Part shown: piece after piece, positions 26,480 through 39,300 of the stretch | Layout of the letters: the number at the start of each line of letters is the position of its first letter | Position numbering within the stretch: the first letter of the stretch is position 1 | NCBI GenBank assembly: GCA_963788655.1 | Contig: CAWBHS010000060.1 | Span: 1 to 64,000, forward strand | From: an uncultured Verrucomicrobiae bacterium | Lineage (GTDB): Bacteria; Verrucomicrobiota; Verrucomicrobiia; Limisphaerales; JAFGQR01 | DNA length: 64,000 bases | Direction of reading: 5' to 3' | Notes under the pieces: generated by a model | Seen by the model: the letters and a program-made list of their open reading frames with translations, nothing else | The model's database searches: none | What the model was told of the DNA's origin: nothing | Program-made: the position numbers and the translations under genes

Positions 26480-27587
26480 AGGCTTGGTTGAACCGGCATC
26501 TTTCGCGGTGCCTGAACCAAGGGATGCGGGTTTGGCATGGCCTCAGTTTTGATTGGCTTTTGATTGCCAAGAGGAATTGAAATTCCGTTTTGACTTAATG
26601 ACTTGGAGGCTGCTTCCAGAATGCGGACGACTTCCAAACCCTGCTTTCCGTTGGACAGTGGTTCCTTGGCCTCCACGATACAGTCGAGGAAATGTTGGCA
26701 TTCGACACGCAAAGGTTCGTCCAGCTTGACATAGGGAATGTAGCGATCGCCGTAGTGGTACGAATAATGAAACTCGGCAAACGTATCGTAGTGCGGCGGA
26801 ATTTCCACGCGCGCATCATAAATCTTGATTTTTTCCAAGGGCTCCACGTCGTCATAAACGATCATCCGGCGCGTGCCCACAATGGTCATTTCCCGCACTT
26901 TCTTCGGGTCCAGCCAACTGCTTTGGACAGTAGCAAAACGTTCGTGGTTGAAATTCAGGCACATATTGGTCACGTCATGAATTCCCGCGGTGACGTGGGC
27001 ATTTCCCCAGCAATTTACACTGGTGCGGATACTCATCCATGATGTACAGCACAATGGAAATATCGTGCGGGGCAAGATCCCAAGCCACGTTGTGGTGTTG
27101 CTGAAACAATCCCAAATTCAACCGGCGCGAACTGATGTACTGGATTTCCCCAATGTCTTTGTGCTGGACGATCTCCCGAATTTTTCTGACGGGGGCCGAG
27201 TACAAAAAGGTGTGTCCGACCATCAGGACCAGGCCGTTCTTGTTTGCCGAATTCAATCAGCTCTTCGCATTCTTCGGAAGAGGCGGCCATCGGCTTTTCG
27301 ATAAACGTATGTTTGCCAGCCAGCAGACTGGCTTTGGCCATGGGAAAATGGTGTTTGATGGAAGTAGCAATCGACGATCGCATCAATTTCTTTGTCATTC
27401 AAGAAGTTTCTTAAATTCGACGTGCGACTCGTACCTCCGGATAAAGAGTGTTCAGATGCTTCAGCCGTTGAGCATCCAGATCGCACATTGCCTTCATACG
27501 ACATTCCGGCAGCGCTCTAAAATTGCGAAGTAGATTGGGGCCCCAATAACCACAACCCACAATTCCGACAGTGATCGGATATTTCAT
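26476..27587 (-). CDS. Gfo/Idh/MocA oxidoreductase (multiple frameshifts)
   Basis: VGIVGCGYWGPNL, FIEKPMA, MVGHTFLY, WDLAPHDISI, SWLDPKKVR. Confidence 0.9.
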
Positions 27588-27647
27588 ATTGTTCCCTTTC
27601 AATGTCTTTAGGTCTTCAATTCTGCTTGGCGGTGATACCCGGCAAAT

Positions 27648-28377
27648 CTAAATTTTTGAAACGATGTTGAATTTGCCTAAATATGATCCTCGTTTCTTAA
27701 CCATAGCCTTGATCTGCAAAATAATAACCGGAGCGGTTTTGGCCAGGATACCCAGGTCCAACCAAAACGTCTTGGTGGTGGCGTAAGCAATGTCCAGACG
27801 AATCATTTCGTCAAACGTCGTGCGGTTCTTCCCGCTGGTCTGCCACAGGCCGGTGATGCCGGGCAGTGACTTCAAAACGGCCCAGTTGCTCCGGGGAGAG
27901 CTTCTGGTGCTCATACAGCGTACACGGGCGCGGTCCGACCAAGCTCATTTCCCGTTTCAAAACATTGATCAACTGCGGCAACTCATCCAAGCCGGTGGCT
28001 CGCAAAAAGGCGCCTCCCGGAATCAGACGCGTATCTCCGAATTGATCCATCTTGGTCAAGGGGGCTCCCGACTTGATCAATTCCGACAAATGGTTTTCAT
28101 GCACGCCGGTGTCGGCCCCCAACCGCATGGTGCGGAATTTGAGGCAGACAAAGCGCTGTCCCCGATACCCAACGCGCACCTGGCGGAAAAGGACGGGTCC
28201 GCGGGAGGTGAGTTTCACCATGACCGCCAAGACCATTGCCAAGGGCACAACCAATGGGACTGCGACCAACATACAAACCAAATCCAGAGCGCGTTTCCAT
28301 GCCGGAAGCGCACGCGGTATCTCCGATCTCAGGATGGTTTCTGTCGGCTCATTTTCAACTTTGACACAAGCCCCCAT
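27648..28377 (-). CDS. Small sugar transferase (phosphoglycosyl transferase; frameshifted)
   Basis: KRALD, KFRTM, LDELPQLINVLKREMSLVGPRP, LPGITGLWQ. Confidence 0.92.
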
Positions 28378-28921
28378 AGGCCACCTTTAAATATAAATTT
28401 CCCATCATTACTTCTGATTAACGCCTGATTTAAACTGACGGAGGTTATTTTTACAGGATTGGTCCAGATGTCAATGGTTTTCTCTGCCAGAAACTGAAGT
28501 TCGCGGGTTGACAATGGGGCAACGGTAACGGCCATCGCCTGAAAATTCGATCATTTTCCAGAGCATTAAGTGTAATGTCCGCATAACATTTGTCGGCCAA
28601 TCTTACGTTATTTGGAGGGAAGTCGCTTGATTTCTGAGACGTTAATCCTGGGACATATTGTTGTTAATTGCTGGCAGTAAGAAACTTAGGAATTGCAATG
28701 GCGACTCTTAGAGCGTTGGCATGGGATCTGTTGGTGAAATAGTGACTTAGATTGGGTATGACGACTTGCTTCAGCGTGCAAGTTGGCTCCGGTGGAAAGG
28801 CTGTGCCTGCAAGCTGGATGCTATTGCTGTGAGTTTTTTTACGTCGCACCGGAATCTGAGCTTGGAAAAGTGTGAACAAGAACTGATTTTTTTGTACCTG
28901 AGCTAACCCCGGAGACTCATT

Positions 28922-29461
28922 TTGAGACCCAAAGGAACTCAAGCTGAACTGGAAAATCGCCGTTTGCGTTTGCTGCATCTGATCGAACAAGGAGTGCCCG
29001 CAGCCGCAGTCGCGCAAGAATTTGGCGTTAGCCTGCGAAGTGTTCGTCATTGGAACCAATTGGCCAGAAACGCCGGCCCCGAAGCGCTCAAGTCCAAGCC
29101 AACTCCAGGACGACCTCGCAAGCTGTGTGCCGCGGCTTCTTTAAAGTTGAAGAAGATGTTGGTTCAAGGCGCCCAAACCGCGGGGTTCGCCGACGACTTG
29201 TGGTCCGGCCCAAGAATCGCGCAACTTATCGCCAGCATTTTTGGCATCCGCTACCATGTCGATCACATTGGCCGGTTACTGCGCACTTTGGGTTGGAGTA
29301 TGCCGGAATTGAACGAGTTTGTAGCGAAGCGTACGAAGGAGGAAGATCGGGATCTGAAATCTGCGACTGGCCTTAAGCGAAATCAGATAACATTCGTTGC
29401 CCCCGCATTTGTGCATCCTCCCCCATCCAGTGGTGTCGGTGCTTTGGTCGGGGGAAGTTAA
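28922..29461 (+). CDS. IS630-family transposase N-terminal winged HTH protein, no DDE domain
   Basis: MRPKGTQAELENRR, GVSLRSVRHW, GRPRKL, LWSGPRIAQLI, YHVDHIGRLLRTLGWS. Confidence 0.8.
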   Translation: MRPKGTQAELENRRLRLLHLIEQGVPAAAVAQEFGVSLRSVRHWNQLARNAGPEALKSKPTPGRPRKLCAAASLKLKKMLVQGAQTAGFADDLWSGPRIAQLIASIFGIRYHVDHIGRLLRTLGWSMPELNEFVAKRTKEEDRDLKSATGLKRNQITFVAPAFVHPPPSSGVGALVGGS

Positions 29462-29479
29462 ACGGTTAGGCCCCTCCGG

Positions 29480-31148
29480 CTACGGGTTCTTTTTGAAATG
29501 GAAGAGCGCCGCCCGACTGGCCGGTGCATCGAACTCAAACACCCCCCGCACGTCCCGACTGAACACCGCCGTTTTCTTGGCGATGACGTCGTAACGCGTG
29601 ACCTTCCATTGCCCCGCTGGGAGGCGGGCGATAAGTCCTTTGTGCTCTTTGTTCGTCCCCAGCACATATTCCTTCCCAGGCCAGGCCAAGCCACGAGAAT
29701 CCTCGTCCAAATTGGCGAACACCTGGAGATCCGGCGCCATTCTCCAGAAGGTAATGTGGGCGTCGATCACCCTTCGCAGCCAACCGAGATTGTCCGCTGC
29801 AGTGTGTTCCCGAGGATCGAACTTGCCCCAGAAATAGTGGCCGAGTTTGTTTCCAGGCTTGAAGCCGGTTGTCCCATAGCCACCGCCCAGGAACGTGCCC
29901 AGATGCGCTTCGATGGTGTCGCCTTCGGTGTGTCGGTCACCACCACCCTGATAGCTGAGTTCGTCGTTTACGGTGGGTTTCAATCGCGAGCGTCGCCCAT
30001 CGCGGTTGCTCCAGACCTGCTGGATGACCTCCGCTGCTGGCGCCAATCGCCGTAATTTGAGTTGGATGACCTGGTGGTCGTTCCAAGGCGGCAAAGTGTC
30101 AAATTCCTCTGGCCATCGTGTATTCGGCACGGTGTGAACACTCAACGGAGTTGGATAGGGCAACACCTCTCGGAGTAATTGACCAAAGCGGGCGATTTGG
30201 GAGGCGGTGTATTTGGGCGACTTGATGTTGAATTCATTGCCCAGGCAAAGCCACACGTTCGGATAACTGCCATAGCGGGCGGCAATGTATTTCAACCATG
30301 GTGCGGGATCGCCATGGTTGTGGGCGGCCCGGAGGGTGGAACGTGCGTCTTCCGTGTCCGGCCCGCATAAAATCAAGTCGGCAATCATATCCTGCGCGAA
30401 CGCCGTGCCCACCGCCACGTCGGCGCGTTGATGGAACCATCTCGGATTCGGGCGGTGCGAGTAATCGCCGCAATCGGTCGGGTGACCGGCGTTGTCAAAA
30501 AACGGCTTCTCCACTGGATTGGGATACCGGTCACCGACGAGACTAAAACGCAGTTTTTTGAAGTAGCGCGCGTTCGCTGTCACGTCGGCTGCAATGTCGT
30601 TCCCCGACGGTTGCCCGTTCGGTCCGTAGCCCGAGAGAAAACTGTAATGCGTGTTGCCAATGATGTACGGATGCGAACCGTCGGAACGCCGATACCAGCG
30701 ACGGCCTGGACTGGCCTCGTCCACTTCCCAGAAGCCCGGCAACTTCGAGGGCATGGCCGTGACAAAATCACCCCTGATGTTGACCGCGCAGTTCCCGGCG
30801 GTTCGACAGCACCTCGGCGAGCAACCATTGTCCCGGCTGCGTGGGGCAGAACCGCACTTTAAACACGTTCCCGGACAAACCGCCGGCACCGTCGCCATCC
30901 CAAAAGCCAAGCACCTTGTGCTCCGGGGAACCGCTTGCGTGACGGAACACCACGGCGAAATCAACATCCCGCGCTGGGGTGTCGGTCGGACGTTGTGGCG
31001 GTCCGCGGAAGAGGCATTCGGTAACGCCGTACACCGGAGCGGTCGCGAGTTCTTCTGCGGCAGATAGAGACTGCGCGCCGAGCGGCAAACCTAAACAAAT
31101 TATCAGCAGACATTTCATTGCGAGATATGTTGGCAGTTGAATGTTCAA
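29480..31148 (-). CDS. DUF5060/DUF4038-type secreted glycoside hydrolase-like protein (frameshift near 30790)
   Basis: Signal peptide, GFWDG...FKVRFCPTQPGQW, YIAARYGSYPNVWLCLGNE, PTVNDELSY. Confidence 0.7.
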
Positions 31149-32984
31149 TTAACGAGGCATCCGATAGATCTCGGCCGCTAACGTGCCACTGACTTTTTCG
31201 CCCGGATGCAACCCAGCTTCCTTCAATTTGAAAATGCCCAGTGGGACGCCGGCAATCTGAAACTTGCCCCCCAGCAACGTGCCTTCGAGCAAAACGCTGC
31301 CCACCGAAAAAGCATCAATCTTCAACGCGGTGCCGGGCAGGTAGAATTCAGGCTGAACCACCAGCGCCAGGACTTCGACTTTCAAACTACCGCGGCGCAC
31401 GCCAATCAGGCTCAGGGTGGGACATCCATCGTTCCGGGGATCACGCGCCGGGGCAGCGTTGGCGCCAGTCATGGCAAACGTTTGTGTCTTTCCGTCGATC
31501 ACCAATTCCAGGTTTAACGTTCCATTGGTTAGCGGATTCAACGGCATCGAATTCAGCCAGGTCGTAGTAAAGTCAGCCCTGAGTGTGCCGCATTGGGTCA
31601 GGCAAGCTCCCGCCTTTAAAGGGATGTTCCATTCTGGCGCCGGGCCGTCCAATTCCGGCAGCAGGGCTGCGCGGCGTGAGCGGATGAATTGGCGCAACCG
31701 CTCCAGGCCATCGCGAAAATGAGCCGATGAAATTGCGATGCGCGCTTCGACCAACGCCTCCAACCGGTCCACGTCCGCCAACAAGTCGCGCTCGTTCCAG
31801 ACCGTCCGGAGCAACTCGCGCAATCGGGCGCGATACCGTTCGCGCGTGGCCGACAGGCGGTAGAGCCGATATGGCAAAATGCTTCGGGCCATGACGGACT
31901 CCGGCATCTCGAACGGCGTGAACGGATCCCGATCACCGAACACCGAATCCGCCCCCCACGGAATGAACTGGAATCTTCCCGATGCTGGCACGCGGTAGAT
32001 GAAGAAATTGTTGCCATTGTTGGAGTAGGAATCCCAATGTCCAATCAGCCCTTCGACCGCCCAGAAGCTCAGGTAGGCATCGAGGTCCAGCAGCGGTTCG
32101 AGATTGCCAAGCAGGTTCGCGTCTTCGCTCTGCAACGCCTTCATCATCGCCGCCAAGTCGTCGCGTCCAGCCTCCCGATTGTTCTTCTTCTCAAAGGTCT
32201 TCACCCAATCCGGTCGGAAATCGCTCAATTGTCCTTCATACAAATTACCACGGCCGTCGCCAAAATGGCGTTCAAGGAAGGGCCGCCGGACCGCCTCGAT
32301 ATGCGAATAAATACCCAGGCATTTCCCATTCACCGTGACGCAGGCCAAATTGCAACGCGGCGTAGGCACGCCGGCCGCGGCAAAAATGCGCGCTGCCAAC
32401 ACCTGATGGAGCCGCGAGGGATCTTGACGATTGTTGTTCAAGCTCATCCGTTCCTGCCCGCCGAACTGCTTCCGCGGATCGAATTCATCGAACGTGATCC
32501 CCAACGAGGGACGCTGGGAACTCGCCGATCCCAGGAACCCGCGCTTGTGAATACCCACCCGGCCCAGCACCACGCCGTCAATGGTCACGTCGGCTTCGTA
32601 AGTCCGGTAGGGCTTGGGTTCGCGCTGGTCGAAGCGAGTGGGGCCGAGCGCCGCCAGCAAATCATGGTGCTCGTGACGTAGCGCGTCCCAATCCGCGGGG
32701 GCCATTTGAATTTGAACCTCCAGCAAGTGCCGTGGATCAAATTGCGCGTTGTCATCAAGCCCACCCGCCGCAGCGTTGGTTTGACGAGTCGTCCGCTCGG
32801 CGACACGTTTGGTGAGAAATGGCGTCTTCGAGCGGTCCGAACGTGGCGCTGCCTGGAGACGGAATCTTGAGCCTGAGATGTCAGCTCCGCCTTCAGCAGC
32901 CTGACATTCGCCCGCCCAACCGAAACCCAATCGCAACGCCAGCAACAGCACCACCGCGGCAACCTCTGATTGCTTCCTGCGCAT
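31149..32984 (-). CDS. CotH kinase family protein
   Basis: GIHKRG, LNNNRQDPS, VNGKCLGIYSHIE, GNLYE, HWDSY, NNFFIY, FIPWGAD. Confidence 0.88.
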   Translation of the reverse strand: MRRKQSEVAAVVLLLALRLGFGWAGECQAAEGGADISGSRFRLQAAPRSDRSKTPFLTKRVAERTTRQTNAAAGGLDDNAQFDPRHLLEVQIQMAPADWDALRHEHHDLLAALGPTRFDQREPKPYRTYEADVTIDGVVLGRVGIHKRGFLGSASSQRPSLGITFDEFDPRKQFGGQERMSLNNNRQDPSRLHQVLAARIFAAAGVPTPRCNLACVTVNGKCLGIYSHIEAVRRPFLERHFGDGRGNLYEGQLSDFRPDWVKTFEKKNNREAGRDDLAAMMKALQSEDANLLGNLEPLLDLDAYLSFWAVEGLIGHWDSYSNNGNNFFIYRVPASGRFQFIPWGADSVFGDRDPFTPFEMPESVMARSILPYRLYRLSATRERYRARLRELLRTVWNERDLLADVDRLEALVEARIAISSAHFRDGLERLRQFIRSRRAALLPELDGPAPEWNIPLKAGACLTQCGTLRADFTTTWLNSMPLNPLTNGTLNLELVIDGKTQTFAMTGANAAPARDPRNDGCPTLSLIGVRRGSLKVEVLALVVQPEFYLPGTALKIDAFSVGSVLLEGTLLGGKFQIAGVPLGIFKLKEAGLHPGEKVSGTLAAEIYRMPR

Positions 32985-33001
32985 TTGCGGCCCGACTTGG
33001 A

Positions 33002-33790
33002 TCAGTTCGCCCTAAGGGAAGTGTTTTGGGCCGGCTCACCGTAGCCGCTTTCAGCAAACAGCTTCTTCGCCATCTCGGTGCCGCAAAGCTCCAGGAAGGC
33101 GTCGCGCAGCTTGGGGTTCGGGCTTTGCGTGAGGCCGAGAATGGTCACGTTGATGGGCGGGTAAGGATCATCGGTTGGAACGAGTTCGACTTTGCGCTGG
33201 TAAAGCTTGGCGACAAAATTCCAGACCACTACGGCGTCCAGCGGTCCGACGATCATGCCGTTGGCAATTTCTGCGTGTGTGCGGCCCTGAAGTGCCACCT
33301 GTTTCATGACCGCGTCAGACAGACCTTTTTGTTTGAGCATCGCGACGAACATTTCTCCGCACGTGGAATAACGTGGATCACCAATGCCGATCTTGAGGTT
33401 GCTATTGGTCAGGTCGTTGAGGGATTGAATGTGGTGCGGATTGCCCGGCCGGACCAGGAGCACCGGCATCAGTTGACCGACGATGGCGGAACCGGCCAGA
33501 TGATTCGCGTCCCTCACCTTTTGTTCGAACGGATCGTGGCACACAAAAATGTCGGCCGCGGCGCCCGCCAAAACTCGCGGCAGCAACGTCTCCGACCCGC
33601 CCAAATCAACCGACGCTTCCGCGGACTGCTTTTCTTTGAAGAGTTTGCAGAGTTCCTGCACCGGCGTAGCCATGGAACTGCCACACAGGATGCGTATCTC
33701 AGTGGATTGGGGGGTTGATAGCGGCTCGCGCGAACAACCAACGATAAGCAGCAATGCCGAACCGGCGGCAAACAAAGCACGGTAATTCAT
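33002..33790 (-). CDS. Molybdate ABC transporter substrate-binding-like lipoprotein
   Basis: LIVGC lipobox, CGSSM, GGSETL, ADIFV, GNPHHI, IGIGDP. Confidence 0.8.
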   Translation of the reverse strand: MNYRALFAAGSALLLIVGCSREPLSTPQSTEIRILCGSSMATPVQELCKLFKEKQSAEASVDLGGSETLLPRVLAGAAADIFVCHDPFEQKVRDANHLAGSAIVGQLMPVLLVRPGNPHHIQSLNDLTNSNLKIGIGDPRYSTCGEMFVAMLKQKGLSDAVMKQVALQGRTHAEIANGMIVGPLDAVVVWNFVAKLYQRKVELVPTDDPYPPINVTILGLTQSPNPKLRDAFLELCGTEMAKKLFAESGYGEPAQNTSLRAN

Positions 33791-33996
33791 GCAGCGATAG
33801 TGGCAAACGCAACCAGACCTGGCCAGCAAATCTTGCGGGAGCGCACCCATCGTAGCCGCCGACATCAGGAGGCGGACCTGAGGCACCTTGAACGTGTTTC
33901 GCCCTATGTCGGAGGATGCAGCTTGGCGGACTTGCTATCGGGTTGGTCTCAATGATTACCCAAACCATGACGGCGTGTTGTCCACCGAACTTGAGT

Positions 33997-34851
33997 CTAT
34001 TGTCCGATCACCTGCGGCAACTTGTCCGCTACCCACGGTAGCAACGCCAGGCTGGTGGCATCGAACACTCCATGCGCAATCACCGCCGGCCAGATGGAGC
34101 GGTGCAGGATCATGATCACCCCAAGACCAAAGCCGAGCAGGGCCGTGAGCCCCATGGCGACGGGACCTTGCACCAAATGACCCACCCCGAAAATTACCGC
34201 CGCCGCACCTGCCGCTGCAATCTGACCGCCGCGCGAACCAAACCGTCTCGGCCAAAGTCCCCGCATTCCGGCGAGGAAGGCTGAACGCCAGATTTCTTCG
34301 CGCAACCCGCCCAATACAAAACTCACCAGCGTGAGCGTCAGCCAGAAATAAACGGGATTGGCGCGTAAGGCGTCAATGTCCACTACGGCCGCCACATTCG
34401 GACGATTGGCGGAAAAGAACTCCTGGAGTCCCTGTGAACTGGTCACGTGCGTTATCACCAGCGCCGCGCCGATCATTCCGATCACGAGGCCCACGGCCAG
34501 GCGAATTGCCACCGAGTAACCGATGCCCAACGGCACGGTCCAGAAGCCGCCGCGCCAACGGCACCTCAATTCATCGGCAGAGATGCGCGAAGCCAGCCAA
34601 GCCAGACCAAATACCACCGCGAAGATAATCAGTTCGACGGCACAAACGATCATCAAACCAGCCACGCCGGTAGATAGCGCGGGAGCGTTCTGCGTTGGTT
34701 GACCCGCTCCTGCCAGTCCGAGCAGCAGCGGATAGGCCGCAATGATCAGCAGGTGCAGCCACCAGCGACGTGGTTTGCTGGTCACCGGTTGCTCGGGCGG
34801 CTCACTGGGCAGCAGTGGCGGGACGTTGGCGGCGGACTCGGGATCATTCAT
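33997..34851 (-). CDS. CPBP family intramembrane metalloprotease
   Basis: REEIWRS, IFGVGH, VIAHGVFD. Confidence 0.9.
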   Translation of the reverse strand: MNDPESAANVPPLLPSEPPEQPVTSKPRRWWLHLLIIAAYPLLLGLAGAGQPTQNAPALSTGVAGLMIVCAVELIIFAVVFGLAWLASRISADELRCRWRGGFWTVPLGIGYSVAIRLAVGLVIGMIGAALVITHVTSSQGLQEFFSANRPNVAAVVDIDALRANPVYFWLTLTLVSFVLGGLREEIWRSAFLAGMRGLWPRRFGSRGGQIAAAGAAAVIFGVGHLVQGPVAMGLTALLGFGLGVIMILHRSIWPAVIAHGVFDATSLALLPWVADKLPQVIGQ

Positions 34852-34965
34852 TGCGGGCTTGCATACTCTGATCGCGCTTGTTTTGACAAGACCACAAGCC
34901 GTGAGCGCACACGAATACTTTACGGCAACGCTTCAACCAATCACGCCTTCATCGTTGGCCCTGCA

Positions 34966-35736
34966 TCAAAACACCCGGCACAACGTCCCCCCGTCCACCA
35001 CCAGCACGGTGCCAGTGATGTAACTGCCGGCTTCACTGGCCAACAAGAGGGCCGGCCCCATCAATTCCTCCGGCTTGGCCCAGCGCCCGAGGGCCGTACG
35101 GGCGCTCAAGGCGTCCTGTTGATCCTGGCTCAAGATGGACATGGGCATCTCGGTGGCGAAGGGTCCGGGAGCAATGCAATTCACAGTGATGCCAAACGGC
35201 CCTAAATCCAACGCGCTGGCTTTGGCCAGGCCCACCAATGCGGCTTTGGTGGCGGAATAGGCATTGCGGCGGGCGGTGCTGGCCAGCCCCATGATCGACG
35301 AGATATGAATCACCCGACCCCAACGGCGGTCTTTCATGCCGGGCACCAGGGAGCGGGTCAGCGCCATGCAACTGGTCAGATTCAATTCCACCAAGCGATC
35401 CCAGGTGGGGTCGTCGATTTCATCGATGGATTGTGGGACGTTATGTCCGGCGTTGTTAACGAGAATGTCGATTTTGCCCAGTGCCTTCGTGGCGGTTTCC
35501 GCCAGCCGTTGCACGTTGTCGCGCTGGGTCATGTCGGCAGCGAACGTTTCCACGCGGGTGTCGGCGACCTTGCGAAGTGCGGCGGCGGTAGCGTCCAATT
35601 CTTCCTGATTCCGGCTGCACAGGAAAACGTCGGCGCCGGCTTGCATAAAAACGCTGGCCATGGCCTTGCCCAATCCGCGGCTGCCGCCCGTGATCAAAGC
35701 GGTTTTTCCGCCAAGTCCAAAGAGTGTGTCTTTCAT
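34966..35736 (-). CDS. SDR family oxidoreductase
   Basis: TGGSRGLG, NNAG, YSATK, PGPF. Confidence 0.95.
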   Translation of the reverse strand: MKDTLFGLGGKTALITGGSRGLGKAMASVFMQAGADVFLCSRNQEELDATAAALRKVADTRVETFAADMTQRDNVQRLAETATKALGKIDILVNNAGHNVPQSIDEIDDPTWDRLVELNLTSCMALTRSLVPGMKDRRWGRVIHISSIMGLASTARRNAYSATKAALVGLAKASALDLGPFGITVNCIAPGPFATEMPMSILSQDQQDALSARTALGRWAKPEELMGPALLLASEAGSYITGTVLVVDGGTLCRVF

Positions 35737-35940
35737 AACAAAGTCATAGCAAAGGTTTCGGGCGACTTTCCAAAGGCCCGCGCGGAGGGATGTACCCTTT
35801 GCCAGTTAAACATGCAAGATCAGGCTGTCTCGTTTGCCCGCAGGAATCGGTATCCCGTTGCCTCACCGGTCCGTCAGTGTGCCTCGCACCGACCCCGCGA
35901 AGAAAGAGCACGTGCTCCACCCGTGTTGGATTTCCAAACT

Positions 35941-36116
35941 CCGGTAGGGCGAGACTCCGTCGAGCCCTGATGTCTCCGCATTGTTGCCAATGACCCGAGA
36001 CCGTAACGCAGGAAGCCTTCGGTGTTTCGCACGTCGGGGATTTACCTTTGATCGGGTTTGGGGGCGTCGAACGTCACGCGGGGAAGTCAAGGCTCGACGG
36101 AGTCTCGCTTTACCGG
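35941..36116. repeat. REP-like inverted repeat, family C
   Basis: CCGGTAGGGCGAGACTCCGTCGAGCC ... GGCTCGACGGAGTCTCGCTTTACCGG. Confidence 0.85.
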
Positions 36117-36344
36117 CGCGTTTCGGGCCGTTTAGGATCCATTGGTTATCAACGCCAAGGTGCCTTTGACGGCGCCCGCGGAGGGCGCACTCCTTAGCAA
36201 ATGACAGTTTTGTCATCTGGATTTCATCGGGATTTCAGTTGCGTGTGGTTAGGTATGGATATTGGAACGTATTTGTTTTGTTTGGCTTGAGTCATCGAAT
36301 TGTACCGCAGGTGCGCTATATTGTTCCAGTAATGTGACTTTGAA

Positions 36345-39300
36345 GTGAAAGTGATTATGTTGCAAAAATCAATCCACTCGCCGGCCCCCACGCCAGAACC
36401 ATTATGGGGCCGCCTCGGCAAGTATCTGTTGGCCATGGTTGCATTGGCGGCGGTATCGGCCTCCGGGGTAACCGACACGTTGATCCCTTTTGGTTCCACT
36501 TGGAAATACCTCGATAATAATTCGAATCAAGGGACCGCCTGGGTGGCGCCTGGGTTCAATGACACTTCCTGGTCCAGCGGTCCCGCGCAGCTCGGTTACG
36601 GCGATGGCGATGAAGCGACGGTGCTCAGCTACGGCCCCAACGGCAACGACAAATACATGACCACCTATTTCCGGCATTCGTTTTCGGTGGCGGATCCTTC
36701 GATTTACACAGTACTCAATTTGGGCGTCATTCGCGATGATGGCGTCATTGTTTATGTGAACGGCACCGAGGTATTTCGTAACAACATGCCCGATGGCGCC
36801 GTCGCGTATAACACGTATGCCCTGCAGGCAGTCGGCGGTTCGGATGAATCCTTTGTTTATGAAATCACCGTCAATCCGGCCTTGTTGGTCAGCGGCAACA
36901 ACGTGGTGGCAGCCGAGATCCATCAAGCCGATGCGACCAGTTCGGACATCAGTTTTGATTTCCAACTAACCGGCAGCACCGATCCCGTCATCAACCAATC
37001 GCCCACCGTCAGCATCACCAGCCCGGCGGACAACGCATTTTACGCGGCGCCAGCCAATCTCGTGATCAATGCACTGGCGGCAGACAACGACGGCAGCGTT
37101 AGCTTGGTGGAGTTTTATCAGGATGCCACCAAACTGGGGCAGGATCCGACGTTGCCCTACACGTTCAATTGGAATAGCGTGGGCATCGGCAATTACACGC
37201 TCACCGCAGTGGCCACGGACAATCTCGGCGCGCAAACCACATCCGCGGTCACCCACGTCACGATCAATGTTTCCACCGCGCCGACCATTGCCTCCGTGAG
37301 TCCAACCCCGGGAGCGGTCAGTAGTCTCAAGCAAATCACGGTGACGTTCAACGAGCCAGTATCGGGCGTGGACGCGGGCGATCTGTTAATCAACGGCCAA
37401 CCGGCCTCCAGTGTCAGTGGTTCCGGCGCCGTTTACACCTTCGATGTGGCTCAGCCCGCCGAAGGAGTGGTCTGGGTTGGCTGGGATGGGAGTCATGGCA
37501 TTGCGGATTTCGAGAATCCACCCAAACCATTCGATGCGCATGCCGGCGGTTCCGCGTGGCAGTACACCTTTACCGACACCGTGGCGCCGACGATTGCTCA
37601 ACTGACCCCCATCGCCGGCGCGGACTTGGATAGCTTGACCAAAATCACCATGACGTTCAGCGAAACGGTTTTTGGCGTCAATGCAGCCGACCTATTGGTC
37701 AACAATGTGCCCGCTTCCGGGGTGAAAGGCTTTGGCGCGGGACCTTATGAATTTACCGTAACCCAGCCCCCCAACGGCCCGGTGAACGTCACTTGGGCCG
37801 GGAATCACGGCATCGTGGACACGGCCGCAGCGGCCAATGCGTTTGCGGGCGCTTCCTGGAACTACACCCTCAACACCAATGCGGTTTACACTGGGCAGAT
37901 CGTGATCAACGAAATCATGTATCATCCCTCCTCGGAGCGAACGGACGAGGAATACATCGAATTGCTCAACCGCGGCGCCTACGACGTGAACCTCACGGGC
38001 TGGAAGTTTACCCGTGGTGTGAATTTCACGTTTCCGACCGTTACGCTCGCCTCTGACGAATACCTGGTGGTGGCTGCCGATGTGACCCGGTTCCACGCCA
38101 AGTATCCCAGCGTAGCCAACGTGGTGGGCGGCTGGACTGGTCAACTGAGCAATAGCGGCGAAGACGTCGAATTGGAAGATGCTTCCGGGAATCGCGTTGA
38201 TTTGGTTTCGTATGCCGACGACGGCGACTTTGCCCTGCGCCGGCCCTGGCCCCAGGATACGCGAGGCTTGGAATGGTATGCCGAACACGACGGCGTGGGT
38301 AAATCACTCGAATTGCGCAATCCCGCCTTGCCCAATAACCACGGTCAAAACTGGCTGGCCAGCACCACGGCCAATGGTACGCCCGGCCAGCGCAATTCGG
38401 TCTTCAGTACCGACATCCCGCCGATGATCTTGGGCGTGACGCATTTCCCAGCAATTCCGAAGTCCGATCATGAGGTCACCATCACCGCGCAGATCGTGGA
38501 CGAATCGACCACTGGCCTGACCGTGACGTTGTTCCAGCGCAACGCCACCTCCGCTTCGCCGCCGGATTTCTCGTCGCAACCAATGTTCGACGACGGATTG
38601 CACAACGACGGTGTCGCGGGAGATGGCGTCTATGGCGCGGTGCTGTCGCCGATGGGCAATCACACGGTGATCGAGTTTTACGTGCAAGCGACCGACGCCG
38701 CCAGCCACACGCGCACCTGGCCGGCGGCCGCACAGCAATCGGGTGGCAGCCTGGCCCAGACGGCGAACGCCAGCTTCCAGGTGGACGACGAAACCTACTC
38801 TGGCCCCCAACCGTTTTACCGCGTCATCATGACCCAGGCCGAGCGGAACGGACTGGATGGTATTTCCCACCAAAGCGATGCGCAGTTCAACTTCACGCTG
38901 GTCACCATCGACCAGGACGACGTGCAAATCCGTTACAACTGCGGCATTCGCTACCGGGGCGCCGGCAGCCGGGGACGCAATCCACCCAGCTATCGCCTTA
39001 ACATCCCAAATGATCGTCGTTGGAACGGCAAGAGTGGAATGAACCTGAACTCGCAATACACCCACGCGCAGTTGATCGGCAGCAAAGTGGCGCAGAAGGC
39101 GGGATTGCCCGCGGCCAACTGCCGGGTGGTGCAATTTCGGGTGAACGGACAGAACCTCGCCAGCAGCGGTTCGCCCCAATACGGTTCTTATGTTCACGTT
39201 GAACCGATCAATACCGAGTTTGCCGACGTGCATTCTCCCACCGACAGCGCGGGGAATGTTTATCGCGCCTCCTCGGGTTCCCACAGTGCTCGGCTTAATT

